From: a virus
Length of the DNA stretch: 64,000 bases
Direction: 5' to 3' (one strand)
IMG/VR virus record: IMGVR_UViG_3300006925_000007
Coordinates: 1 to 64,000 of that record
The position numbers and the translations under genes were made by a program. The notes below the pieces were generated by a model, which was given only the letters and a program-made list of their open reading frames with translations, made no database searches and was not told the DNA's origin. Of this stretch, positions 9,442 to 19,161 are shown in pieces. Each line of letters begins with the position of its first letter. The stretch's first letter is position 1.

Positions 9442-10557
9442 CTAGTTATTCTTTTCCATATTAGCGGCTGTAAAGCCTGCTCTATTTACTAGTTTGACAT
9501 CTTTGCCAATTACATAACCTTCGCCGCCTTTTTGTCCGGCTGTTGTTGCTTCAATATCAGCTGGGTTGGCATCTAGTTGTGCAATAATATTATCTTTAAT
9601 AGGTCCTATACTACGTATAAATGCAAATACGGCGTCTAATCCTTTTTGGTGCTGTTTTAAGTATTCTACAAGTCTACCTTGTTTTGCCTTACTTACTTTA
9701 GAACCATCTGCGGTTAACCAATTAACAAAATGTTTACTACCAATACTATTTACCGATCTAGTTTTTGCTAGGTTATTCATATACATGTATAAAATGTCTG
9801 GGAAGTTTTTCATTTTTAAATCTGCTGGTGGAGCCAATACTGCATCAATATCATTTCCTGCTGATGTAATAAAGTTTTCAAGTTCACTTAACTTAGCACT
9901 TTCAATATCAGGAACGTCTGTAATTGATACTGGAGGCATTGCTAACAACGGCCCTTCTTGGAATCTAGTAGTATCTACTTTACTTTTATTTCCTTCTAAA
10001 TCAATGTGTGCATGTAATACAACACCAACACTACTGTTAGAAATTTTCTTGCCAATGTCACTTGCTGGATCAACTGTATACTTTGTTGTGTTTGGCATAA
10101 ATGATAATCTATCTTCTTCCATTCCTGGCGTATCAAACCAAAGTAAATCACCATGAACATAACCTCTAAAATCTTCTGGAGTTGCTTGTTCAAATGCAGG
10201 CCAAACTTTTTTCATTTGTCCAATAAAGTCTCCATACCCTTGTGGGTTTTTAGCATAACCTGGACGGTTCTTTAACATGGCTTCCATTTCGTCTGGTGAT
10301 TTTGATCTACCATTATAACCTTTTGCACCAAATCCACTTTTATCTGTAAGAACAAATTCACCATTCTCATTGCGACCAAATATAACCGCTGGTGAGCCGT
10401 CCCATTTGATAGTTGTATCACTTGGGTTACTTTCTAAACTGTGTAATGATGAGATTGCTTTTTGGGCGCCTACTTTGCCGTCCCATATAATTAAATCTTC
10501 TAAGTGTTGGATTCTGGCGCCACTGGCCTTTTCCATTATAATTTGATTAATTTTCAT
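9442..10557 (-). CDS. RNA-ligase-like protein (DUF6267-type)
   Basis: RIQHLEDL, motif I TIKWDGSP, GDLLW, motif IV GGEGYVI, motif V VKLVNR. Confidence 0.65.
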   Translation of the reverse strand: MKINQIIMEKASGARIQHLEDLIIWDGKVGAQKAISSLHSLESNPSDTTIKWDGSPAVIFGRNENGEFVLTDKSGFGAKGYNGRSKSPDEMEAMLKNRPGYAKNPQGYGDFIGQMKKVWPAFEQATPEDFRGYVHGDLLWFDTPGMEEDRLSFMPNTTKYTVDPASDIGKKISNSSVGVVLHAHIDLEGNKSKVDTTRFQEGPLLAMPPVSITDVPDIESAKLSELENFITSAGNDIDAVLAPPADLKMKNFPDILYMYMNNLAKTRSVNSIGSKHFVNWLTADGSKVSKAKQGRLVEYLKQHQKGLDAVFAFIRSIGPIKDNIIAQLDANPADIEATTAGQKGGEGYVIGKDVKLVNRAGFTAANMEKNN

Positions 10558-11494
10558 TTGGTGTATCCTCTAATTCTGATGGGATACCCATTGATTGAAT
10601 TTGTCTATTATCTTTAAATGCATCTACTACTTTAGTATAAACATCGCTTGGATAGTTTTTCTTGATCGTTGCTAATAGTGTTTCAAAACTATATAAATCT
10701 TCTGGACCATCTAACCCAAGTGCTTTTGCAATTTCTTGTGTATTTGTAATTGGTCCTTTTAATACTGTATCAATTCTTGCTTTTGTATACCCTTCGCCAT
10801 TTGCTTTGGGCTTAGGTTTACGTGATATCCAATTTAATCCGTCTGACGGGCTCCATAACCAACGTTGTTGTTCTACAGAGCGTCCATCTTCAATCTTTTC
10901 ATCTGATTCCTTTGACTGATATATAGCAGCCATTGTTGCTAACATAATATTACGAAATGTGCCTTTATATTGACTTGATCTGCCACCTTCTTTGTCAAAG
11001 CCTTTTTCGTGTGGGCTATGATAGTATGTTTTCATCCAATCTGGGTCGCCAGGCATGAAGTCAATTTGGACTTTACCTGTTCTATTTAATCCTGGCTTGG
11101 TATTTGTTGCATCGTATCCAACAATATCAACTGATGTCATAAACACACTTGATTTTTTAATATCTTGTATTAACGGCGATGCTTCTAATTTTGCTGCAAA
11201 GTCTTTTAATTGCTCTGGCTTTATATTAATAGCAACATCAATATCGCCACTAAATTCTTTTTTACCAACAGAACCTAAAACATTTGCTTTTAATGGAACA
11301 CCCAATGACTTTTCTAATGCATCTATTGTGGCATCAATTTCAGTATGATGAATTGCACCGACACCATTCATTGCACCGCCTTCAGATAGCTTTTTTACAT
11401 TAACTTTATATAAATTGTCAGGCTGAACCTTTCGGTGCTTTCTGTTATTGCGGTCTTTACGCTTTTTAGTGCCGACAATATCATTTATTTTCAT
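10547..11494 (-). CDS. Pol-beta superfamily nucleotidyltransferase
   Basis: LGSVGKKEFSGDIDVAI (GS...DxD) plus third Asp in VQIDFM. Confidence 0.7.
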   Translation of the reverse strand: MKINDIVGTKKRKDRNNRKHRKVQPDNLYKVNVKKLSEGGAMNGVGAIHHTEIDATIDALEKSLGVPLKANVLGSVGKKEFSGDIDVAINIKPEQLKDFAAKLEASPLIQDIKKSSVFMTSVDIVGYDATNTKPGLNRTGKVQIDFMPGDPDWMKTYYHSPHEKGFDKEGGRSSQYKGTFRNIMLATMAAIYQSKESDEKIEDGRSVEQQRWLWSPSDGLNWISRKPKPKANGEGYTKARIDTVLKGPITNTQEIAKALGLDGPEDLYSFETLLATIKKNYPSDVYTKVVDAFKDNRQIQSMGIPSELEDTPNEN

Positions 11495-11754
11495 TTTTTA
11501 TTCCTTAAATTCTTAATACCTCTATTAAAACGTTCAGGATCTCTATTTTTAATACTAAGCATTATTCTTTTTTGGATATCTTGAGCTTCTTCTTCACTGT
11601 AATTTGAATCTACCATTTCTAATACATTCATAATCGCACTGATGGCATTGGTGCCGCGTGATTCTAATATATTAATTCTATCTTTTGTGGGTGATAGATT
11701 GTTAATTTCTTCTAATAAACTGCGTGTTCTTTTTTTCATCAGCTCAAACTCCAA
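11491..11754 (-). CDS. Hypothetical protein
   Basis: 87-aa helical ORF downstream of late motif 11768-11774; start may be the internal ATG. Confidence 0.55.
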   Translation of the reverse strand: MEFELMKKRTRSLLEEINNLSPTKDRINILESRGTNAISAIMNVLEMVDSNYSEEEAQDIQKRIMLSIKNRDPERFNRGIKNLRNKK

Positions 11755-11785
11755 CTGTTATTACTTGTATTTATCTACTTTATGG

Positions 11786-13183
11786 TTATTTGTTGACTTT
11801 TTTCAACATACTACGCAATCTGTCAGTAGCATCAGTATCTTCAATAATACTTTCTTCTGCAATAGTTTTTTCTTGATGTGTTACATTTGTATTTCTTTTT
11901 ATTTTATCTAGCATTGCACTAGGTTGATGCATTGTTGTTCCTTCTTCATCTTCTGGTAAATCTGTTATACGTAGACCTGCAATATCAAATGCTAAGTCTA
12001 CTTTTTGCCCAACTCCGGCACTACTACGTGTTTTCATAAATTGAATTTGATAGCGTCCACGTTCACGCATTGCTGTGCTTGTAAAAATACCAATTACGTT
12101 GTCAGCTGTTTGAATTTTACTAATACCACCAGCAATATGAGAGTGATCAAACTCTACTTCTTCTACTGCTGCCCTGTTTAACTGAGATGCTGTTGCAAAT
12201 AGTAAGTCTTGTTCTACTGCAAAGTTACGCAATTCTTCAGATACAAATTTATCTTTAATAAACAAGTCGCTTGGTGGCACTTTACGTTGTGCTGGCATCA
12301 TTAAGTCTAAATAATCAAGTAATACTGCATCTAATTTAACGTTATTCTTTACTTCAAACTCTTTCATATAACTATTTACATCATTTATTGTAATACCATT
12401 TGGCATTTGCACAATTTGTAGGTTACCTGCTTTTTTACTAATTGCTCCAACTTTTAATCCAACGTCTTCTGCATTTTTAAATACTTCTTTTGTGTTATAT
12501 CCTGTAAGCATACTATCTAATCGCATACTACATAGTTCTTCACTAAGTTCCAAACTAATATATAATACATTCTTTCCATCTAACGCCCAATTTAATGCTA
12601 AATTTTGCAAGAACAAACTTTTACCACCACCTGATGGTGCAGCAAATATATTTAATTCACCTCTATTAAATCCACCATATAGTTTTTTATCAATTTCAGT
12701 CCAACCTGTGCTTGTTCCACCTCGTTGGTTACGAACACGTTCAATACGTTCCATTGGGTTTTCCCAATAATCTGTTCCCATGTGTTTAGCAAGTCCGATG
12801 CCTACTGCATCTTTAATCATTCTTTCTACTGCACCAAACTCACCTTGTTCAAGTAAATCAGTTGAATCTAATATTGCACTTTCTAATGCTTTGTGTTTAC
12901 AAAAAGTTTCGAACTCGTTTATAAACCAATCGTGATGTCTAGGATCAATATCTTTTAAACTTTGTAATTCCAAACCAGTTGTTGCTACAATCTGCTCATG
13001 TGTTGGTAATGCACCATATTCGTTTGCATGGTCTTGAATGAACTCTACTGTTTTACGTAATTCTCTTGCAAAAAATTCTGAATTACATATTCCATTTACA
13101 CGAACAAATAAATCTTGATCATGTGCCATAAACTCTACAAATAATTTTTGTAGTTCTAGTGTGTATTCTTTTTGTTCACTCAT
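11786..13183 (-). CDS. gp41: Replicative DnaB-like helicase (T4 gp41-like)
   Basis: Walker A APSGGGKS, YISLELSE, LDYLDLM, TASQLNR, KTRSSAG. Confidence 0.93.
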   Translation of the reverse strand: MSEQKEYTLELQKLFVEFMAHDQDLFVRVNGICNSEFFARELRKTVEFIQDHANEYGALPTHEQIVATTGLELQSLKDIDPRHHDWFINEFETFCKHKALESAILDSTDLLEQGEFGAVERMIKDAVGIGLAKHMGTDYWENPMERIERVRNQRGGTSTGWTEIDKKLYGGFNRGELNIFAAPSGGGKSLFLQNLALNWALDGKNVLYISLELSEELCSMRLDSMLTGYNTKEVFKNAEDVGLKVGAISKKAGNLQIVQMPNGITINDVNSYMKEFEVKNNVKLDAVLLDYLDLMMPAQRKVPPSDLFIKDKFVSEELRNFAVEQDLLFATASQLNRAAVEEVEFDHSHIAGGISKIQTADNVIGIFTSTAMRERGRYQIQFMKTRSSAGVGQKVDLAFDIAGLRITDLPEDEEGTTMHQPSAMLDKIKRNTNVTHQEKTIAEESIIEDTDATDRLRSMLKKVNK

Positions 13184-14187
13184 TTACAATAATTCCTTCC
13201 TAAAACTTGTATTTTTGTTGGGTTACTTACTGCACTATTTAATATACTACGCACTGTAAATAATCTACCGTATTTTGTTAAGGCATCGCCGGCATCATTG
13301 CAATCATCCCATTCGGGAAATGCAACACTCCAGCCATACTTAACTGCTGCGTTGACCATTTGCATGCCTGCCTTATCGGCATCAGGTAACACAACAATAT
13401 GTTTGTTTAAACTTAAAATAACGTCTGCTTGTTCATCGCTAATAGTATTAGTGCCTGCACTGATCCCATCTGTTATTATAGCATCTAATGGGCCTTCTGT
13501 CAATATAACAATTTCTTTGTCAGCATGCTGTCTATCTAATCCATACACAAAATTTTTAGGTGGTTGTTGATTAAAATATTTTGGCATTTTATCTGGTGGG
13601 TTACCTATCCACCTTGCTGTATATCCTACAACATTACCTTTATAATAAAATGGAACTACAAAACGCTTAAACATTCTTGCTGGCAATTTAGCAGGGCTAT
13701 ACATCAGTCTAGGATCTGTTATATCAAGTCCTCTATCTGTTAGATATGTTACTGCTTCTGTCCAGTCAGGTGTTGGTGTATGTTCCATAAAAGGTTTAGC
13801 ATCTTGTGGCAATGCTACTGTAGGCCAATCAATTACTAATTTCTTTCTACGTTCTTGCACCATTAATGATTGTGCAATATCTTGTTCACGTAACAACTCT
13901 AGTTGTAATCGTTGCACTTGTGTAGGATCTGCACCAAATTGCACTAATAATTTTTTTAATCTATCATTAATTTTATTACCAGGTGAGAAACCTGTCTTGT
14001 AATGACAATTAAAACAATGATACTGAAACTTATCATCTTCAAAATGAAAACCACCTCTTCCACGTGTATCTGGTCTTGATTGTCCATTTGTTACACACAT
14101 CGGACAATTACCAGAATGCCAGCCACTTGGACTTTGTTTCCAGTTAACCGGAACCAGATTTCTAACGTAGTCGATCATTAAGCTCAT
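13180..14187 (-). CDS. gp61: DNA primase (T4 gp61-like)
   Basis: Zn ribbon CPMC...HCFNC; TOPRIM EGPLDA and PDADKAG. Confidence 0.9.
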   Translation of the reverse strand: MSLMIDYVRNLVPVNWKQSPSGWHSGNCPMCVTNGQSRPDTRGRGGFHFEDDKFQYHCFNCHYKTGFSPGNKINDRLKKLLVQFGADPTQVQRLQLELLREQDIAQSLMVQERRKKLVIDWPTVALPQDAKPFMEHTPTPDWTEAVTYLTDRGLDITDPRLMYSPAKLPARMFKRFVVPFYYKGNVVGYTARWIGNPPDKMPKYFNQQPPKNFVYGLDRQHADKEIVILTEGPLDAIITDGISAGTNTISDEQADVILSLNKHIVVLPDADKAGMQMVNAAVKYGWSVAFPEWDDCNDAGDALTKYGRLFTVRSILNSAVSNPTKIQVLGRNYCK

Positions 14188-14193
14188 GTGTAT

Positions 14194-14222
14194 ATACTAC
14201 ACTCTTATGATGACTTTGTCAA
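14194..14222 (-). promoter_or_regulatory. Sigma70 promoter, leaderless geometry (primase)
   Basis: TTGACA-17-TAGTAT-6nt-ATG. Confidence 0.75.
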
Positions 14223-15018
14223 GTGTTCCTTGTGTTTGTGTGAATTTTGCTCTAATATATTTTATATTAGTTCTAAATGTCCATGGATCAATACCAGTTT
14301 GATTGACATATGGATAGTGTTCTTCGGTATAAGTTCCTAATATAATATTAAACCAGTCGCTTTCTTCAGGGTTTTCTTCTAATGCACCCTGTATGTAAAA
14401 GTCACCTGTATAGTTAGTGGCATATATTGCCAATGTAACCATTCCATTAACTTTGTTTTTTGCACCAGGACCTGGTAAATGGCTACTGTAATAGAATCCA
14501 TCTCTTAATACAAATGTATCAGTGGATGCTGATAACAGTGGTATGCTTTGTGCTTGATCACTTACTTCAACTGTATAGTTTGGTCTTAGATTTTGATCAA
14601 CAAATAATGGAAGATTTAAACCTTGGGAATTTACATAGGTAAATACAAGATCAAGGAAACCTGTTTGAACTGCACTCGTTTCACCTGATGTTAAAATCAG
14701 TTTAACTTTGCCTTCATCATAGTCAACAATTTGACATTTCTTTGATAATAATTTTACTTGGGTCTCTCTATTAACTACATTAGCAGTTAATGTTGTTCCA
14801 TGTAGTTGAATTGGTTTACGATCAGTGTTTTTTACGTAAAAAATAAACTCATTATCTAAACCGCTAAATAACTTTAAGAACCTGTAATTAACAGGAGAGT
14901 TTATAGTAGTTCCAGTTGACGAAGCATAGTTACCTAGTCCTGCTTTATTACCTGAGGCATCAACGGCGTATAAGTCGCCTGTTTGATTAATATTATAAGT
15001 AGTTGCATAATTTGACAT
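14197..15018 (-). CDS. Putative virion structural protein
   Basis: Beta-rich (BppU/Ig-like pattern); late motif at 15038-15044; AGGAG SD. Confidence 0.5.
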   Translation of the reverse strand: MSNYATTYNINQTGDLYAVDASGNKAGLGNYASSTGTTINSPVNYRFLKLFSGLDNEFIFYVKNTDRKPIQLHGTTLTANVVNRETQVKLLSKKCQIVDYDEGKVKLILTSGETSAVQTGFLDLVFTYVNSQGLNLPLFVDQNLRPNYTVEVSDQAQSIPLLSASTDTFVLRDGFYYSSHLPGPGAKNKVNGMVTLAIYATNYTGDFYIQGALEENPEESDWFNIILGTYTEEHYPYVNQTGIDPWTFRTNIKYIRAKFTQTQGTLDKVIIRV

Positions 15019-15084
15019 TCATATTCTCCTGTGTATGTATTTATGCAAAAACCAAAGAAAAATTTTAAAATAAATACACATACA

Positions 15085-15456
15085 ATGATTAAAAAATATC
15101 AAACATTACTTGAAGAATTTCCGTTTTTAACTGTCATAGAATATGCAGGAAACGAATACCTTGGAATTATGCAAAACATAGATAATCAAATAGCTACTAT
15201 GTATGTGTATGATAGACTAAGCACCAATGAAGAAAGACAAAAGTTTTTAGAACTAGGCGAAGAATGGTGGTGGGAAACTAATAGAAAATTACCTATTAAT
15301 ATTGCATTGCTAAACAGATGGCCGTTTAGTTATACTAGTCAAAGTTTTAATATAAAACAAATGGAAGTGATTGCAGGACCTGAAGTAAGATTAAGTGACA
15401 GTATTACCAAAAGAATTAAAAGACGTAATATCAGTCTTTTAAAGAAAAACCCATAA
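15085..15456 (+). CDS. Hypothetical protein
   Basis: ORF 15031-15456, probable start ATG 15085, 8 nt after ATAAATA (15070-15076); WWWETNR motif. Confidence 0.65.
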   Translation: MIKKYQTLLEEFPFLTVIEYAGNEYLGIMQNIDNQIATMYVYDRLSTNEERQKFLELGEEWWWETNRKLPINIALLNRWPFSYTSQSFNIKQMEVIAGPEVRLSDSITKRIKRRNISLLKKNP

Positions 15457-16015
15457 CTAACATATTAAGTTGTAATACAATAGCCATTGCATAACTTATT
15501 GCGTGTGCTTTCTTAAAATAATATGTTCCATTTACTGGCTTGTCCCAAACTGTAGCAAACACTGTATCCCAATCTTTTCCTAGCAACCCACGTTTAGCCG
15601 GTCTAATAATTGCCAGCACGGCTGCAAGTTGTTCAACGCTTGTTGGTTTCATTTTGCTTACAATATTATAGTGTGCATGTATATGAAATAATTTTTCAAC
15701 AACTTCTTTATGTTCAAGTAAATCCCACATTGGTTTCATTGCAAGTAATTTTTCTAATTGGTCATAACTTTCAACATCTTTGTAAACACTTACATTTAAC
15801 ACATCTAATTTAAAATAGCCTTTTGCTTCTGCTTCTTTATGATCAATGGTGCTTAACCCTGTAAACGGATCACTTGGCATTTCATGGAAATAAACTCCGG
15901 TATTGTGTTTTTTACGTCTACCATTATCATTAATCATTGCAGGTGTATGTTTTATTAGGTCTAATAACTTAGTTCTATCTGCTACGTCAATATCAATGTC
16001 TGTGTTTACTATCAT
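15431..16015 (-). CDS. dnaE: Minimal DNA polymerase III alpha (DnaE) catalytic-core protein
   Basis: TDIDID, KHNTGVYF, GYFKLDVL, LAIIRP and YYFKKAHAISYA match C-family motifs; start at 16015 from ATGA overlap. Confidence 0.8.
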   Translation of the reverse strand: MIVNTDIDIDVADRTKLLDLIKHTPAMINDNGRRKKHNTGVYFHEMPSDPFTGLSTIDHKEAEAKGYFKLDVLNVSVYKDVESYDQLEKLLAMKPMWDLLEHKEVVEKLFHIHAHYNIVSKMKPTSVEQLAAVLAIIRPAKRGLLGKDWDTVFATVWDKPVNGTYYFKKAHAISYAMAIVLQLNMLVMGFSLKD

Positions 16016-16692
16016 AAGTGTGCTTCTTCCATAATACCTTCTACCCATTTAAAATCTTCGGCATGTGTTTTCATAACACGTTGCCAATGATATGGATCTA
16101 TATAATCTGTTACCATTTGTATTTGTTCGGTTGAGAGCTTCTCTAATAGCCTTTGTGCTTGCGAACTTGAATACATTACCCATGGACTAATCTTACCACT
16201 ACAGATGTGAAATACTGCAAGATTTGGCGCTACTAGACGGAAGTATTCGTTCCATTCATGCTTAGTTTCTTTAGCCCATTCATGCATAAACAATATAGTT
16301 CTTTCTATGGCTCTATCTGCACTTTCTGTTTTTAATCTTGTTTTAATCCAAGCACTAAAATTTCTATCGCTTGTCCATCTATCAATTCTTACTTGGTTTT
16401 TTAATAACCAACGTGTATATTCTTCAACATCATCTACACGTAATTCTATACAATATTTTGCATACTTTACAAATGCAGTATAATACTGACTTGATGCAAA
16501 GTCATCAAATGATTTAGCACTTTTTGAATTTGTCCCTATACGATAAAACAATTGATATGATCTAAATGCAAGTTGCACATCTTTATCTTCTTTAGCCATG
16601 TATCTACGTTTACGTTCGCACATATGCACAGACAAAGTGCTTTCACGCTTAAATACTTTATTACAATATTCGCATTTAAAAACTTGCGTCAT
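16012..16692 (-). CDS. Zn-finger protein
   Basis: N-terminal FKCEYCNKVFKRESTLSVHMC (C2H2/C2HC-like). Confidence 0.65.
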   Translation of the reverse strand: MTQVFKCEYCNKVFKRESTLSVHMCERKRRYMAKEDKDVQLAFRSYQLFYRIGTNSKSAKSFDDFASSQYYTAFVKYAKYCIELRVDDVEEYTRWLLKNQVRIDRWTSDRNFSAWIKTRLKTESADRAIERTILFMHEWAKETKHEWNEYFRLVAPNLAVFHICSGKISPWVMYSSSQAQRLLEKLSTEQIQMVTDYIDPYHWQRVMKTHAEDFKWVEGIMEEAHL

Positions 16693-17147
16693 TTAAGTTT
16701 ACCAATTAGATCTTTTATTTCTTTATCCTTTAATCCATATTCACGTAGCAATATTTTAATTTCATCTTTGCTACTGCTTAACATAATATCAATTTCATCA
16801 TCATTTAGATGTGAATAATTTTCTACAAACCAATTCTGTAATTTATTTTTCTTGCCTGCTTTACCTGGTGCTATCCAAGGATGGAATACCGTAGAACCTA
16901 TTCCAACTAATTGTAGCAATTGGTATTGCAACTGCGGGTGTTTTCTTATTGTGTTAAAATGCACATTAACTGCTTCGTTAGTCCATTCTAAATAATGTTC
17001 AGCATTCTTGCCGCTTGCATTACTTGTATAACGCATCAATAACCATAAGCCAAGTTTCTTTTTCTCATCATCTGTGAGGCTGTCATACCACGCTCTATCT
17101 TTAGCGTCAATAGATCTCATTTCTTCTTTAATGTTTAGCTTACTCAT
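16689..17147 (-). CDS. Clamp loader small subunit-like (T4 gp62-like)
   Basis: NEAVN...HPQLQYQLL...FHPWI pattern resembles gp62; replication context. Confidence 0.5.
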   Translation of the reverse strand: MSKLNIKEEMRSIDAKDRAWYDSLTDDEKKKLGLWLLMRYTSNASGKNAEHYLEWTNEAVNVHFNTIRKHPQLQYQLLQLVGIGSTVFHPWIAPGKAGKKNKLQNWFVENYSHLNDDEIDIMLSSSKDEIKILLREYGLKDKEIKDLIGKLK

Positions 17148-17153
17148 GTTGTT

Positions 17154-17182
17154 ACTATACTACCAAAGTTGTTCAATGTCAA
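17154..17182 (-). promoter_or_regulatory. Sigma70 promoter, leaderless geometry (gp62-like)
   Basis: TTGACA-17-TATAGT-6nt-ATG. Confidence 0.75.
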
Positions 17183-17660
17183 GAACTTCAGGTAATTTAT
17201 TTGCATCTTTGACAAATAATACACAAGGCGAATTTGGTTTGTCGCTAATTGGAACACATAATAAGTGTCCATATTTTAGTTTAGGTGCATACCATTTAAC
17301 ATCACTGTATATGTTTACAATTGATACATCTATGTATTGGGCACTAAATCCTGTAATTGGATTAAATGCAAATGCTGTAAATCCTCTATCGTTTAGACTC
17401 ATAAGACTCATTACTTCTGGATCGCCTACTTCTGAATCACATATAACCATATGCCAATCAAGTGGCATACTGATTGTAGTGTTTCCAATTTGTAAAATTG
17501 CCGCAGGTGCATAGAAGCTTTCTAAAAACACCAAGGGAATAAAATAATAATCTACATTTAATGGATTTGTATAATCTAAAATACCATATCTTAAATCATC
17601 AATAGTTTCTGGTATTTCGTCTAGATCATACGTCTCGTTTTCTACGGTTAATATTTTCAT
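17160..17660 (-). CDS. Hypothetical protein
   Basis: 166-aa ORF directly downstream of uvsW. Confidence 0.6.
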   Translation of the reverse strand: MKILTVENETYDLDEIPETIDDLRYGILDYTNPLNVDYYFIPLVFLESFYAPAAILQIGNTTISMPLDWHMVICDSEVGDPEVMSLMSLNDRGFTAFAFNPITGFSAQYIDVSIVNIYSDVKWYAPKLKYGHLLCVPISDKPNSPCVLFVKDANKLPEVLDIEQLW

Positions 17661-17671
17661 TTATTTCTCTC

Positions 17672-19126
17672 TTAACGCCAATCAGTCTTTTCAATAGTAA
17701 AAGGATAATTGGCTTCTTTATAAAATTTCTTACGTTCAGTAAGATGCTTTTTGCTAAACTTGGCTGTGCTAGTCACATCCCAAATTTGCACAAAATCTTT
17801 GTCTTCGGCTTTACGCACTCCACGTCCTATTGATTGGATAACTCTAACAAACGACTTCCCAGGTTCAAGAAGTATAAGGTTAAATATACGTGGAATATTA
17901 ATACCAACGGCAGCCACACCATAGGTTGCGACAGTGATGCTATTAGTTGCTTCATTAATTTCATCATATGCGTCCTTTCTGTCAGTGACTTTCATAGCCC
18001 CTTTAACAAAAGTAACACCTGGTATATTTTCTGCAATTATCTCTCCTGCTTTAATTCTATCTACTAACACAAGTGTATTACCAGATTCAGCAACTGTTGA
18101 AATAAATTTGCTAAGATACTGCATACGTTCTTTATCTGTTGTTAAGTAAGTTAGCTCACTTTGATAATTGTTATATACCGCTGTTTCTTTTAGTTGAACT
18201 ACGTTAACGTGACAGTTACTTAGAACTCCCATGTCTTGTAATTCGCTTGCACTTAGTTTGTTTGTAACTTCACCTAAACATGCCTGCAAACTTGCTTTGG
18301 CATGATCTTCTTTTGGTATAGTTCCTGTTAATCCCCAACGTAATGGAATGTGTGCAAATTCCTTAGTAAGCATATCTTTTAAGACGTCTGCTTTTGCTTG
18401 GTGAACCTCGTCTACAATAACACAAACAGCTCCATCTGTAAACTCTCTTAAACTCATATCGTCTAGACCATCTCTGAATCTTTTCCTGATACTATTTAAA
18501 CTCTGCCATGTGCATATTGTATGGGTGCGTCCTATGTCTTTTTTGTCGCCGAAGTAAACTCCGACGTCAAGTCCTAAATTCTCATAATCATCAAATGTCT
18601 GTCTCACTAAATCTTTGTTTGGGACAATAACAATTGACCTTCCATACTTTTCCACTCGTTCAGATAGAGCTGCTGTGACTAGTGTCTTACCAGCACCAGT
18701 GGCAATTTCTTGCAAGCATTGTGGCGTAGTAAGATATTTATTTACGATAGTAATTTGATAATCTCTAAGCACAACTGGCTGTCCTGCAATAGGATGCTTT
18801 TCTGGCCAAGTCTTGTGTGCAAATGTAGATTCGTCTACTGCTGAAAAATCAAATGCTTCGTTAGTTTCTCGTTTATCATCTACAGTAATAGAATAACCAT
18901 TATCCATAATAATAGGTAAAACCCTATCAAGTAAATTAACATATGTTACACCGCCCACACTAAAGAAGCTTACACATCCATCCCATCTACCTAACTTGTA
19001 TGCTGGCACATGAAATGCATACGGCATAAAGAACTTTAGTTCTTTCTCGCATTTTTTACGGGTGTTCAAATCGAGTCCTTCGACTTTACAATTTACTTCG
19101 TCTTTGATTACTATATTACAATTCAT
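17672..19126 (-). CDS. uvsW: UvsW-like SF2 DNA helicase
   Basis: LRDYQ, ATGAGKT, VDEVH, GLTGT, QSIGRGVR; start moved to ATG 19126 by promoter geometry. Confidence 0.92.
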   Translation of the reverse strand: MNCNIVIKDEVNCKVEGLDLNTRKKCEKELKFFMPYAFHVPAYKLGRWDGCVSFFSVGGVTYVNLLDRVLPIIMDNGYSITVDDKRETNEAFDFSAVDESTFAHKTWPEKHPIAGQPVVLRDYQITIVNKYLTTPQCLQEIATGAGKTLVTAALSERVEKYGRSIVIVPNKDLVRQTFDDYENLGLDVGVYFGDKKDIGRTHTICTWQSLNSIRKRFRDGLDDMSLREFTDGAVCVIVDEVHQAKADVLKDMLTKEFAHIPLRWGLTGTIPKEDHAKASLQACLGEVTNKLSASELQDMGVLSNCHVNVVQLKETAVYNNYQSELTYLTTDKERMQYLSKFISTVAESGNTLVLVDRIKAGEIIAENIPGVTFVKGAMKVTDRKDAYDEINEATNSITVATYGVAAVGINIPRIFNLILLEPGKSFVRVIQSIGRGVRKAEDKDFVQIWDVTSTAKFSKKHLTERKKFYKEANYPFTIEKTDWR

Positions 19127-19132
19127 ACTACT

Positions 19133-19161
19133 ACTATACAACACTTAGAGCATTTTGTCAA
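19133..19161 (-). promoter_or_regulatory. Sigma70 promoter, leaderless geometry (uvsW)
   Basis: TTGACA-17-TATAGT-6nt-ATG. Confidence 0.75.
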
